Source: Candidatus Daviesbacteria bacterium | GTDB taxonomy: Bacteria; Patescibacteriota; Microgenomatia; Daviesbacterales; UBA10151 | Length of the DNA: 64,000 nucleotides | Reading direction: 5' to 3' | Assembly (NCBI GenBank): GCA_016198275.1 | Contig: JACQIX010000010.1 | Coordinates: forward strand, 172-64,171 | Shown: positions 7,855 to 17,170 of the stretch, piece after piece | Layout of the letters: the number at the start of each line of letters is the position of its first letter | Position numbering within the stretch: position 1 is the stretch's first letter | Notes under the pieces: generated by a model | The model's input: the letters and a program-made list of their open reading frames with translations, nothing else | What the model was told of the DNA's origin: nothing | Database searches by the model: none | Made by a program: the position numbers and the translations under genes

Positions 7855-10173
7855 ATGCAAAAAATTATAACAAAAGAGATTGATTTAAATGGTAGAAAGC
7901 TAAAGCTTGAGACAGGCAAGCTGGCTTTGCAAGCAGATAGCGCTGTTTTGGTTTCATGGGGAGAAACAGTCATTTTGGCGACCGTTGCAACACAGCTTTT
8001 AGCAGAAGACATTGGTTATTTCCCTTTGTCTGTTGAATATGTGGAAAAGCATTATGCCGGCGGAAAAATTTCTTCTTCCAAATTTATCAAAAGGGAGAGC
8101 AGACCAACAGATGAGGCAATCTTGACAGGCAGGTTAATTGACAGGTCCATAAGGCCCCTTTTCCCTAAAGAGTTTAAAAATCACGAAGTACAAGTAATTT
8201 TGACTGTTTTATCCATAGATCAAGCCAATGATCCGGATATTGTGGGTTTAATTGGAGCCTCGGCAGCTCTGTCTATCTCTTCCGTGCCTTGGAACGGGCC
8301 AATTGCCGGCGTTAGAGTTGGGGAAAGGGATGGTAAATTAATTGTTAATCCTACTTTGGATGAGATGATCCATTTAGAGATGGATTTAATGGTGGCCTCA
8401 AATAAAGTAAAAGTAGTCATGATAGAAACCGCAGCCAAACAAGTCAGCGAAGAGTTAATTTTTGAAGGGATTAAAGAGGCTCATGCCCAGTCACAACCAA
8501 TCATTGATTTAATTGAACAATTTAGTAAAGAAGCTGGTAAAGAAAAAAGGCCAATTTCTCATTTGGAAGAAGAGATTGAGAAAGCCTTGTTTGCCGAGGT
8601 TACAAAATTAACCAGAGAAAGAATTGAGGCTGCTCTTTTTGATAACTTACACCCTTGGCATGAAGCCACAGGAGATATGATTAAAAGGGAGTTGATCTTG
8701 CAATACGCCCAAACCCTAACTCCTCAGGTAATTTCCGGCATTTTTGACAAAGTAGCCAAAGAGATTTTACACAGAACTGTTTTAGAAAAAGGAAAAAGAG
8801 TTGATAGTAGAGCCATGGATGAAGTCAGACTTTTGGAAATGGAAGTGGGGATTTTAGGAAGAACACACGGCTCAGCCTTGTTTCAAAGAGGCGACACACA
8901 AGTTTTATCAGTAGTTACTTTAGGGGCACCCTCTCTGCGGCAGACTTTGGAGGGGATGGAAGGAGAGAGGCAGAAAAGATTTATGCACCATTATAATATG
9001 AGCATTAACCCTTTCTCAGTTGGCGAAGTTAAAAGATTGGGTCCGCCTAACAGGCGTGATGTAGGTCATGGTAGTTTGGTAGAGAAAGCATTGGAACCTG
9101 TAATTCCCGCTGAGGATCAGTTTCCTTATGCCATCAGAGTGGTGTCTGAAGTTTTGGCAGCCAATGCTTCTACTTCCCAGGCTTCGGTTTGTTCAGCTAC
9201 GTTGGCATTATTAAATGCCGGCGTACCAATTTTAGAACCGGTGGCCGGAATTGCCCTGGGATTATTTTCTGATAGTTCCGGAAAATATCAGGTGGTTACA
9301 GACATGAGAGCAGTAGAAGATTTTTATGGGGAGATGGATTTTAAGGTAGCCGGAACTAAAAACGGCATCACCGCTATTCAAATGGATACCAAATTGGACG
9401 GTCTAACGTTTGAGATTATTCAGACTGCACTTGATTTGGGTAAAAAAGCCAGACTGGAGATTTTGGAAAAGATGAATCAAATAATCCCGGCAGCCGGAGC
9501 TTTATCTCCTCATGCTCCCAGGGTGGAAATTTTACATATTAAGCCCGAAGGAATTGGTTTGCTGATTGGTACAGGCGGTAAAACAATTAATTCCATAATT
9601 AATAAAACAGGCGCGCAAATTGATATTGAAGATGACGGGACTGTTATGGTATCTGCTGTCAAGGGTGAGAGTGTGGATAGAGCAATAGAGGCAATTGAGG
9701 GTATGTTTAAAACTGTTAATGTGGGGGATGAGATTGTAGGAAAGGTGGTTAGACTTGTTCCTTATGGAGCGTTTGTGGAAATTGCGCCTGGAAAAGACGG
9801 ATTGGTTCATATTTCACAAATGGCACCCGGGCATGTAGAGAGGGCCGAGGATGTGGTATCAGAAGGACAGGAAGTTAAAGTTCGGGTGACAGATGTTACT
9901 GAGGGAAAAGTGGGGTTATCAATGCTTTTTGGGGCAGATATTAAGCCAGAAACAGAGGCAAGACCCAGAAGCGAAAGGTTCGGCGGAGGTGGATTTAGAT
10001 CAGGAGGGGGAGAAAGAAGACCCTCTTTTGGAGATAGACCAAGAAGCGGTGGTTTTGGCAGCCGGCCCAGATTTGGCAGTGGGGGTGGCAGAGGGGGGTT
10101 TGGAGCAAGACCAGGCGGAAGATCGGGTGGATTTAGAAGAGGAGGTGGAGATAGAGGTGGATTTAGCCGCTGA
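7855..10173 (+). CDS. pnp: Polyribonucleotide nucleotidyltransferase with RGG-rich C-terminal tail
   Basis: RLIDRSIRPLF, HGSALFQRGDTQ, MDFKVAGT, KH and S1 domains. Confidence 0.97.
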   Translation: MQKIITKEIDLNGRKLKLETGKLALQADSAVLVSWGETVILATVATQLLAEDIGYFPLSVEYVEKHYAGGKISSSKFIKRESRPTDEAILTGRLIDRSIRPLFPKEFKNHEVQVILTVLSIDQANDPDIVGLIGASAALSISSVPWNGPIAGVRVGERDGKLIVNPTLDEMIHLEMDLMVASNKVKVVMIETAAKQVSEELIFEGIKEAHAQSQPIIDLIEQFSKEAGKEKRPISHLEEEIEKALFAEVTKLTRERIEAALFDNLHPWHEATGDMIKRELILQYAQTLTPQVISGIFDKVAKEILHRTVLEKGKRVDSRAMDEVRLLEMEVGILGRTHGSALFQRGDTQVLSVVTLGAPSLRQTLEGMEGERQKRFMHHYNMSINPFSVGEVKRLGPPNRRDVGHGSLVEKALEPVIPAEDQFPYAIRVVSEVLAANASTSQASVCSATLALLNAGVPILEPVAGIALGLFSDSSGKYQVVTDMRAVEDFYGEMDFKVAGTKNGITAIQMDTKLDGLTFEIIQTALDLGKKARLEILEKMNQIIPAAGALSPHAPRVEILHIKPEGIGLLIGTGGKTINSIINKTGAQIDIEDDGTVMVSAVKGESVDRAIEAIEGMFKTVNVGDEIVGKVVRLVPYGAFVEIAPGKDGLVHISQMAPGHVERAEDVVSEGQEVKVRVTDVTEGKVGLSMLFGADIKPETEARPRSERFGGGGFRSGGGERRPSFGDRPRSGGFGSRPRFGSGGGRGGFGARPGGRSGGFRRGGGDRGGFSR

Positions 10174-10225
10174 TACTTTTTACTACCTTGGGAAAGTGAG
10201 CAATTTAAGGTAAAATTGGAATACA

Positions 10226-11248
10226 ATGGATTCTGCTCAAGCAATCATTGAAGAGTTAAAAATAAAAATTACCCAAGCGAATTTACCTGTTGAAATTTCT
10301 GAAAAACTGTTGAATCTTTTAAAATTTCCCAGTCTTGGAGTAGAACTGGAAAAACTGGTAAATTACATTGAATTTGTCATTTCACTCCCCTTCAATATTT
10401 ATTGCGAAGATATTTTGGATATTAACCGTAGCAGCGAGATTTTGGATAATAACCATTATGGTTTGCAAACTGTGAAAGACAGAATTTTAGAATATCTTTC
10501 GGTTTTGCTACTGCAGAGACAAAAAGGTCAGGGTAATAACTTCCATGCCCCGATTTTGGCATTTATTGGTCTGGTTGGTACTGGCAAGACATCCCTATCA
10601 TACTCCATTGCCGAAAGCTTAGGCAGGCCAATCATCAGAATTCCTTTTGGAGGATTGGGTGATACTGCAACGCTTAGGGGAGCATCCCGTCTTCGGCCGG
10701 ATGCAGAGGCAGGTCAGGTGATTAAAGCTATACGCAAAGTTAAGGTATCAAATCCGGTCATACTTTTAGATGAGATAGACAGGGTAGCTACCGAGCATCG
10801 GGTAGATATTATGGGAGTTTTGGTGGAGCTTTTGGATCCTGCTCAAAATCAAGCTTTTGTGGATCATTATTTGGATTTTCCTTATGATTTATCCCAGGTG
10901 TTATTTATTGCAACAGCCAATAATACTACCAATATAGCCACGGCGGTGATGGACAGGTTAGAACCAATTCAAATGCCTTCCTATTCGGATGAAGAGAAAT
11001 TAATCATTGGTAAAGATTATCTATTGCCAAAAGCTTTAGATGAGGCTGGTTTGGAAAAAAGTGCCATTATTATTGATGATAAAGTTTGGCCACAAATTAT
11101 CCGTCCTTTAGGTTTTGATGCGGGTATCAGATCTTTACAGCGTTCTTTACAAGAAATTTGCCGCAAAGCAGCCAGGAAAATGGTGGAAGGAGGGGTTGGT
11201 ACATTTAAGGTTACAAGCGAGAATTTGGGGGAATATCTTCAGGGTTAG
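10226..11248 (+). CDS. Lon-type AAA+ ATPase module lacking N-domain and protease domain
   Basis: HYGLQTVKDRILEYL, Walker A GLVGTGKTS, Walker B LLDEID, LLDPAQNQAFVDHY, VLFIATAN; ends after the AAA+ lid. Confidence 0.85.
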   Translation: MDSAQAIIEELKIKITQANLPVEISEKLLNLLKFPSLGVELEKLVNYIEFVISLPFNIYCEDILDINRSSEILDNNHYGLQTVKDRILEYLSVLLLQRQKGQGNNFHAPILAFIGLVGTGKTSLSYSIAESLGRPIIRIPFGGLGDTATLRGASRLRPDAEAGQVIKAIRKVKVSNPVILLDEIDRVATEHRVDIMGVLVELLDPAQNQAFVDHYLDFPYDLSQVLFIATANNTTNIATAVMDRLEPIQMPSYSDEEKLIIGKDYLLPKALDEAGLEKSAIIIDDKVWPQIIRPLGFDAGIRSLQRSLQEICRKAARKMVEGGVGTFKVTSENLGEYLQG

Positions 11249-11295
11249 TATTATGGAGAAATATTCGTAATACTTAATACATGATACATAATACA
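11244..11295. repeat. Second copy of AGTATTA/TAATACT heptamer repeat element
   Basis: agtatta tgg ... taatact taataca tgataca taataca. Confidence 0.65.
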
Positions 11296-11303
11296 AATAT
11301 TAA

Positions 11304-12998
11304 ATGAAATCTTTTAAACCAAAATTTAATCTACCTCAATTAAATAATAATCAACTGTTGAAGTTAATTCCCCTTGGCGGAGTTGGTGATGTCACCAAAA
11401 ATATGTATGTATACGAATATGGGGGAGACATCATCATTATTGATTGCGGGGTAGGATTTCCTGATGAGGCCATGCCGGGAGTTGATTTGGTGATACCTGA
11501 TATTTCCTATTTGAGGGATAAAAAGGAAAAAATCCGCGCCATATTAATTACTCATGGTCACGAAGATCATATCGGAGGCTTGCCTTATATTTGGCCCGAG
11601 CTTCAGGTTCCGATTTATACCCAGAGATTGACTGCCGGGTTTATCAGAGCCAAATTTACTGAACATAATTTACCCCAAAATAAAATTTTTGAGGTTAAAA
11701 TTGATCAAAAACTTGATCTGGGAGCATTTAAAGTGTCATTTTATCAAGTATCTCATTCAGTACCTGATTCTATGGGGATTGTGATCAGAATTCCTCAAGG
11801 ATTAATAATTCATCAAGCAGATTTTAAAATTGACTGGACACCGGTATCCGGCCAGGTAACAGATGTGGGTACAGTTGCCCGCTTAGGTAGTGAGGGAGTA
11901 CTGCTTTTGTTGATTGATTGTTTAAGAGTGGAAAAGCCAGGGTTTAATAAATCGGAAAAATCCATTGAGGATTCTTTTGCCAAAGCCAGCCTGGAAACTG
12001 CAGGAAAACTTCTCATTACTATGACTTCATCAAATGTCTCAAGAATGCAGCAAGCTATTAATGTGGCTGCCAAATTAGGTAGGAAAGTATCAGTAGTTGG
12101 CAGATCTTTTGAAAATAATTTTCAAGTGGCCAGAGACTTAGGTTATTTGCATGTTCCTCCCGCAGTCATGGTTGCTCCGGATACAATTTCATCATTTGCC
12201 GGCAATAAATTGCTGATTTTAATTGCCGGTTCCCAGGGTCAGCAGGGGTCATCATTAGTCAGAGCTGCCAACGAGCAGCATAAACAGGTTAAATTGAAAA
12301 GGGGTGACGGGGTAGTATTTTCCGCTGACCCCATTCCTTCCACCGAATCGGCCCAGAATGCCTTGATTGATTCTTTATCAAGACTGGGAGTGAATGTTTA
12401 TTATTCTGCTGTATCTTCTGACCTGCACGTATCCGGTCATGCGGCATTAGAAGAGTTAAGATTGATGGTTAATTTAGTAAAGCCAAAATTTTTATTCCCA
12501 ATAGGAGGAACTTTTAGGCATATGGAAGCTTTTTCCAAAATGGCCCAAGAGATGGGTTATGACAGAAAGCAAATTTTGGAAGGAGAAGATGGCGATATTT
12601 TGGAAGTAAGAAAAGATGTAGTTAAAATGGTTGGCAGGGTGGATGTGCAGAATGTTTATGTGGATGGGTTAGGAGTAGGAGATATAGGGCATATAGTTTT
12701 GCGCGACAGACAAAAGTTGAGTGAGGAAGGGGTGGTGGTGGCAGTAGTTACTATTGAGCAGCATAGCGGTAAAATAGACAATGTGGATATAATTTCAAGG
12801 GGATTTGTTTACGAAGAAATAGCCAAAGATATTTTAGAAGATGCTAAAAAGACAGTTGAACGATCATTGAGCGAACATATTCATAAAACTGCGGATTGGC
12901 GCTTTATCCGCAAAATGATTGAAGATTCTTTGGGAAATTATTTTTATCAGATGACTGAAAGGAGACCTTTAATTCTCCCGGTGGTGGTAGAAGTGTAG
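11304..12998 (+). CDS. rnj: Ribonuclease J
   Basis: PLGG, THGHEDHIG, SHSVPD, HVSGHA beta-CASP motifs. Confidence 0.96.
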   Translation: MKSFKPKFNLPQLNNNQLLKLIPLGGVGDVTKNMYVYEYGGDIIIIDCGVGFPDEAMPGVDLVIPDISYLRDKKEKIRAILITHGHEDHIGGLPYIWPELQVPIYTQRLTAGFIRAKFTEHNLPQNKIFEVKIDQKLDLGAFKVSFYQVSHSVPDSMGIVIRIPQGLIIHQADFKIDWTPVSGQVTDVGTVARLGSEGVLLLLIDCLRVEKPGFNKSEKSIEDSFAKASLETAGKLLITMTSSNVSRMQQAINVAAKLGRKVSVVGRSFENNFQVARDLGYLHVPPAVMVAPDTISSFAGNKLLILIAGSQGQQGSSLVRAANEQHKQVKLKRGDGVVFSADPIPSTESAQNALIDSLSRLGVNVYYSAVSSDLHVSGHAALEELRLMVNLVKPKFLFPIGGTFRHMEAFSKMAQEMGYDRKQILEGEDGDILEVRKDVVKMVGRVDVQNVYVDGLGVGDIGHIVLRDRQKLSEEGVVVAVVTIEQHSGKIDNVDIISRGFVYEEIAKDILEDAKKTVERSLSEHIHKTADWRFIRKMIEDSLGNYFYQMTERRPLILPVVVEV

Positions 12999-13041
12999 GT
13001 ATCCCATAGTGTGGTATAATATTAATAACTAATAATTAAAT

Positions 13042-15141
13042 ATGGCTCGAAGAAGATCTATTTATAAATTACCCAAATTAAGACTCAGACAAAAAACTAT
13101 CACTGCTGTGGGAACGCTAATTGCATTTGGATTGGCTGTTTTATCCATTGTGGCTATTGCCACCCAATCTCAAACCTTATCTTTTTGGAGAGAATTTTTA
13201 GCTGAAAATTTAGGCTGGGCAAAGGTTTTGTCACCACTTATTTTTTTACTTGGCGGACTGGTTTTAACAAAGGCAAAATGGCGTTTTGCCCAGCTGAATG
13301 TTTTTTTAGGCTTTATTTTGGTGCTGGTTTCTTTAGTGGGGATAACCGGTGCCCTAAAGGCAGAAAAGGCAGGAAATATTGGTTGGACTCTCTGGAACGA
13401 GTTGTCATCTTTTGTCACAGCACCAGGTGCAGTTGCTCTCTTGGTATTGGTATTTTTTGTGGGCCTGGTAGTGTTATTTAACACATCCTTAGATCAAATA
13501 TTTAAAATTTTTGCCTGGATTTTTTCTTTTGGGCAAAAAATTATCAAATTTATTTTTAACAGAAAGCGGACATTTGAAGCAAAACATATTCCCATTAAAG
13601 TTTCTGGTGTAGATGAGCGCTCCTCCCAAAAATCTTTCCCGCAAACCCAAAAGGAGGCTGTAATTGCCGATGTTTTAGTGCAAAATGTGGCGGGAAAGGC
13701 CACTATTTGGAAATACCCTCCTTTGTCGCTGCTGTCTGATAAAGTAGGTAATCCGGCCAATAGAGGGGATGTGAAGAAGAATGCTGATATTATTGAGAAG
13801 ACTCTGGATTCGTTTGGGATTGCTGCCAATGTGGCGGAAGTCAACGGTGGGCCGGCAGTGACTCAATATGCTTTAAGAATTTCAGCCGGAACCAAAATTT
13901 CCAAAATTGCCAATTTGCAACATGATCTGGCTTTAGCTTTGGCTACCCCCACAGGTACTGTCAGGGTTGAGGCCCCGATTCCGGGCAAATCTTTGGTGGG
14001 GATTGAAGTGCCTAACCATTCTTTGGAAATAGTCGGACTCAAGCAAATTTTGGCATCTGAGGAGATGAGTAAACATAGATCAAAATTGGCTGTTGCATTA
14101 GGACGCGATACTTCATCAAAATCAATGATTGTAGATTTAGACAGGATGCCTCATTGTTTGATTGCCGGGACAACCGGGAGTGGAAAGTCTATACTTTTAA
14201 ACTCTTTTATTACTTCGTTGCTTTTTAGAAACTCACCGGAAGAGATGAAATTAATCTTGATTGATCCCAAAAGAGTGGAGTTAACAAATTATAATAATAT
14301 TCCCCATCTGTTAACTCCGGTTATCACCGAACCGGAAAAAATCCTCTCTTCCCTAAAGTGGGCCATGGCTGAGATGGATAGAAGGTATAAATTATTCCAA
14401 TCAGTGGGAGTAAGAAATATTATCGGTTACAATGAAATGTCAGGTTTCCAAGCGCTTCCCTATATAGTAATTGTGATTGATGAGCTGGCAGATTTGATGA
14501 TGTTTGCTCCAGTTGAAATTGAGGATGCTATCACCAGGATTGCACAACTTGCTAGAGCTACCGGAATTCATCTGGTGGTAGCTACACAACGGCCTTCTGT
14601 TGATGTGATTACCGGTTTGATTAAAGCCAATATTCCCTGCAGGATTGCTTTTAATGTTTCCTCAATGGTTGATTCCCGGGTGATTTTGGATGGGCCGGGA
14701 GCGGAGAAGTTGTTGGGCCGGGGAGATATGCTGTTTTTACCTCCTGATGCTTCCAAACCGATCAGGATTCAGGGAGTATACGTACAAGATAGCGAGATTG
14801 GCAATTTAATTAAATTCCTCAAACAAAGCGGTATTGCTCCGCAATACACAACTGAAGTAACAGAGATGCCGCTTGGCAAGTGGGGTACAAAAGGAGGAAA
14901 TGGGTCGGACAGGGATGAGTTATTTGATGAGGCGGTCAGAACTGTTTGTCAATACGACCGGGCTTCTGCTTCACTTTTGCAAAGGAGATTAAAGGTTGGA
15001 TATGCCAGGGCAGCCAGGATTTTGGATGAACTGGAGGAGGCTGGAATTGTGGGAATGGGGGAGGGGTCCAAACCTAGAGATGTGTTAGTCCGTAATGCTG
15101 ATGAATACCTTACTGCTCAAGCTGAATCAATCAAGAGTTAA
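13042..15141 (+). CDS. ftsK: DNA translocase FtsK/SpoIIIE
   Basis: 4 TM N-terminus, PHCLIAGTTGSGKS, IDELADLMM, ATQRPSVDVITG, gamma domain LLQRRLKVGYARAARI. Confidence 0.97.
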   Translation: MARRRSIYKLPKLRLRQKTITAVGTLIAFGLAVLSIVAIATQSQTLSFWREFLAENLGWAKVLSPLIFLLGGLVLTKAKWRFAQLNVFLGFILVLVSLVGITGALKAEKAGNIGWTLWNELSSFVTAPGAVALLVLVFFVGLVVLFNTSLDQIFKIFAWIFSFGQKIIKFIFNRKRTFEAKHIPIKVSGVDERSSQKSFPQTQKEAVIADVLVQNVAGKATIWKYPPLSLLSDKVGNPANRGDVKKNADIIEKTLDSFGIAANVAEVNGGPAVTQYALRISAGTKISKIANLQHDLALALATPTGTVRVEAPIPGKSLVGIEVPNHSLEIVGLKQILASEEMSKHRSKLAVALGRDTSSKSMIVDLDRMPHCLIAGTTGSGKSILLNSFITSLLFRNSPEEMKLILIDPKRVELTNYNNIPHLLTPVITEPEKILSSLKWAMAEMDRRYKLFQSVGVRNIIGYNEMSGFQALPYIVIVIDELADLMMFAPVEIEDAITRIAQLARATGIHLVVATQRPSVDVITGLIKANIPCRIAFNVSSMVDSRVILDGPGAEKLLGRGDMLFLPPDASKPIRIQGVYVQDSEIGNLIKFLKQSGIAPQYTTEVTEMPLGKWGTKGGNGSDRDELFDEAVRTVCQYDRASASLLQRRLKVGYARAARILDELEEAGIVGMGEGSKPRDVLVRNADEYLTAQAESIKS

Positions 15142-15191
15142 AATCATTTCAGTAACAAATTAAGGACTTTGATATAATATAAATTATATAA

Positions 15192-15584
15192 ATGAGTGGA
15201 AAAGCGATCGCAACAATTTATTTTTATCTGGTTTCCGCAGCTTCTTTGGCCTTGATTGTCATGGGGATTTTTAACGCGGTCAATCTCATGATCAATTCAA
15301 CTCAATATGAAAAATATCCTTTAAGGTATGAGCCGGGCATAGATTGTGAAAGTGGATTTGGTTACCCCGTTCCATATAAAATCATGCCACCAGATGTAAG
15401 AGAAGAAGCTACTATATCCGCTCAAGATTTAGAGAAACAAACAAAGAACTGCTTAAGACAACAAGAGTTAGAAAGAAGACAACATAAAGTAGATGATTTT
15501 AAAGATGCCATTACTTTTAGTTTAGTAGGAGTAGTCTTATTCTCTATCCACTTTCCTCTGGCCAGAAAACAATCAAGGGATTAA
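15192..15584 (+). CDS. Two-TM hypothetical membrane protein (DUF5671-like)
   Basis: IYFYLVS N-terminal helix and C-terminal hydrophobic helix around a soluble loop. Confidence 0.6.
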   Translation: MSGKAIATIYFYLVSAASLALIVMGIFNAVNLMINSTQYEKYPLRYEPGIDCESGFGYPVPYKIMPPDVREEATISAQDLEKQTKNCLRQQELERRQHKVDDFKDAITFSLVGVVLFSIHFPLARKQSRD

Positions 15585-15594
15585 GATTTTATTA

Positions 15595-16161
15595 ATGAAT
15601 GATCCAGTTGAAAGCTTGAAAAAGAGTCAAATTGGGGTAATGCCAACAGATACTGTTTATGGAATAGTTGGCTCTGCACTGCAGCCTTTAGTGGTGGAAA
15701 AAATTTATCAGCTTAAGAAAAGGTCTTCTGATAAACCGTTTATTATTTTAATATCTTCCATAAATGATCTTAAAAAATTTGATGTTGGGTTAACTGAAAA
15801 ACAAAATGAATTTTTAGAAAAAAATTGGCCAAATCCTTTAAGCGTGATCTTGCCTTCAAGTAAGAAATATGAATATCTTCATCGAGGAAAAAATTCCCTG
15901 GCTTTTAGGATGCCTAAAGATGAAAAATTGCTGGAAATTTTAAAACAAACAGGTCCTTTAGTTGCTCCTTCTGCTAATTTTGAAGGAGAAAAAATTGCCG
16001 GAACAATTGCTGAAGCAGAGAAATATTTTGGTAAAGAAATAGCATTTTATGTTGACGGAGGCAAAGTAACAGCACAACCATCAATAATAATTCAATTAAA
16101 TAGTGACGGCAGTTTAAAAGTTTTAAGGTCAGGTTTATACAAAACTAGAAAACTTTTCTAA
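15595..16161 (+). CDS. tsaC: Threonylcarbamoyl-AMP synthase (TsaC/Sua5/YrdC)
   Basis: PTDTVYGI, KKRSSDKP, WP, AFRMP, APSAN. Confidence 0.92.
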   Translation: MNDPVESLKKSQIGVMPTDTVYGIVGSALQPLVVEKIYQLKKRSSDKPFIILISSINDLKKFDVGLTEKQNEFLEKNWPNPLSVILPSSKKYEYLHRGKNSLAFRMPKDEKLLEILKQTGPLVAPSANFEGEKIAGTIAEAEKYFGKEIAFYVDGGKVTAQPSIIIQLNSDGSLKVLRSGLYKTRKLF

Positions 16162-16181
16162 GATAGACTACAATTTCTTTC

Positions 16182-16829
16182 ATGCGCACTGTTGGACAGG
16201 TTTTAAAAGAGGAAAGGGAAAGGAAGCTATATACTCTTGATGAAGTAGAAAAATCCACCAAGATTAGGAAAGAATTACTGGAAGCTTTGGAAGCTGGTCA
16301 ATATATGAAACTGCCTCCACCGACTTTTGTCCAGGGTTTTATTAAAAATTATGGTAAATTTTTAGGGTTAAATACGGAGAAACTACTGGCAATTTTTAGA
16401 AGAGAATACTCTTCGAAAAAACATCCTCCCAGGATTTTAGAATCATTTTCCAGCCCAATTGATCAAAAAAAATTTAGGATCACTCCGGCTAGGGCTTTGG
16501 GGTCTGTTGTCTTAATACTGGTGGTGGTTTTTTTTATCTACCTTTGGCTTGAATACAGATTTTTAACAAAAGCACCTTTTTTGGAAATAACCAGTCCTGC
16601 AAATCAGCTCAGTGTGGATACTCCCATAATTTCGGTAATCGGTAGGACTGATCCTGAAGAAAAAGTTACCATCAACAATCAGGAAATTCCGGTAGATCTT
16701 TCTGGACAATTTACCCAGGAAATTAAATTATCGGATAATGTTAATACTATTGTTATTAGTGCCATATCAAAAGAGGGGAAAGTTACTAAAGTGGAAAGAA
16801 CTGTCTTTTTGAAATCAACTCAGAGGTGA
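16182..16829 (+). CDS. RodZ-like HTH membrane protein
   Basis: HTH (TKIRKELLEALE..LPPPTFVQGFIKNY), single TM, C-terminal Ig-like domain. Confidence 0.8.
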   Translation: MRTVGQVLKEERERKLYTLDEVEKSTKIRKELLEALEAGQYMKLPPPTFVQGFIKNYGKFLGLNTEKLLAIFRREYSSKKHPPRILESFSSPIDQKKFRITPARALGSVVLILVVVFFIYLWLEYRFLTKAPFLEITSPANQLSVDTPIISVIGRTDPEEKVTINNQEIPVDLSGQFTQEIKLSDNVNTIVISAISKEGKVTKVERTVFLKSTQR

Positions 16830-16841
16830 TATACTAAACAG

Positions 16842-17129
16842 ATGGATTTTTTGCAAATTGCCCTGATATTTTTGATATTTTTGCTGTCAATATTTTTGGC
16901 CATCACGGGTATTCAGGTATTTTTTATTTTAAGGGATTTAAAAAAAGCCTTAGATAAGTTAAATGCTATTTTACAGACAGGTGAAAATATTGCTGGAGAT
17001 ATAGAAAGACCTCTTTCTTCTGCCTCAAATTTGGTGGCAACCTTAGGTGACAGAGCAAAAGCTTTAGCAGGAGTAGTAAAAAGAGAATCAAAACATAGAC
17101 AGAGAAGATTTTACAAGCGAACTCTGTGA
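16842..17129 (+). CDS. Small membrane protein (DUF948-like)
   Basis: N-terminal TM followed by coiled coil and basic tail. Confidence 0.6.
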   Translation: MDFLQIALIFLIFLLSIFLAITGIQVFFILRDLKKALDKLNAILQTGENIAGDIERPLSSASNLVATLGDRAKALAGVVKRESKHRQRRFYKRTL

Positions 17130-17170
17130 GCTTGAGAGTACAAGAAAATGTTATAACATATAATAGCTTC

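Noticed and set aside
9807-10244. Pro-rich minus-strand ORF (145 aa)
   Set aside because: Antisense shadow of the Gly-rich PNPase tail
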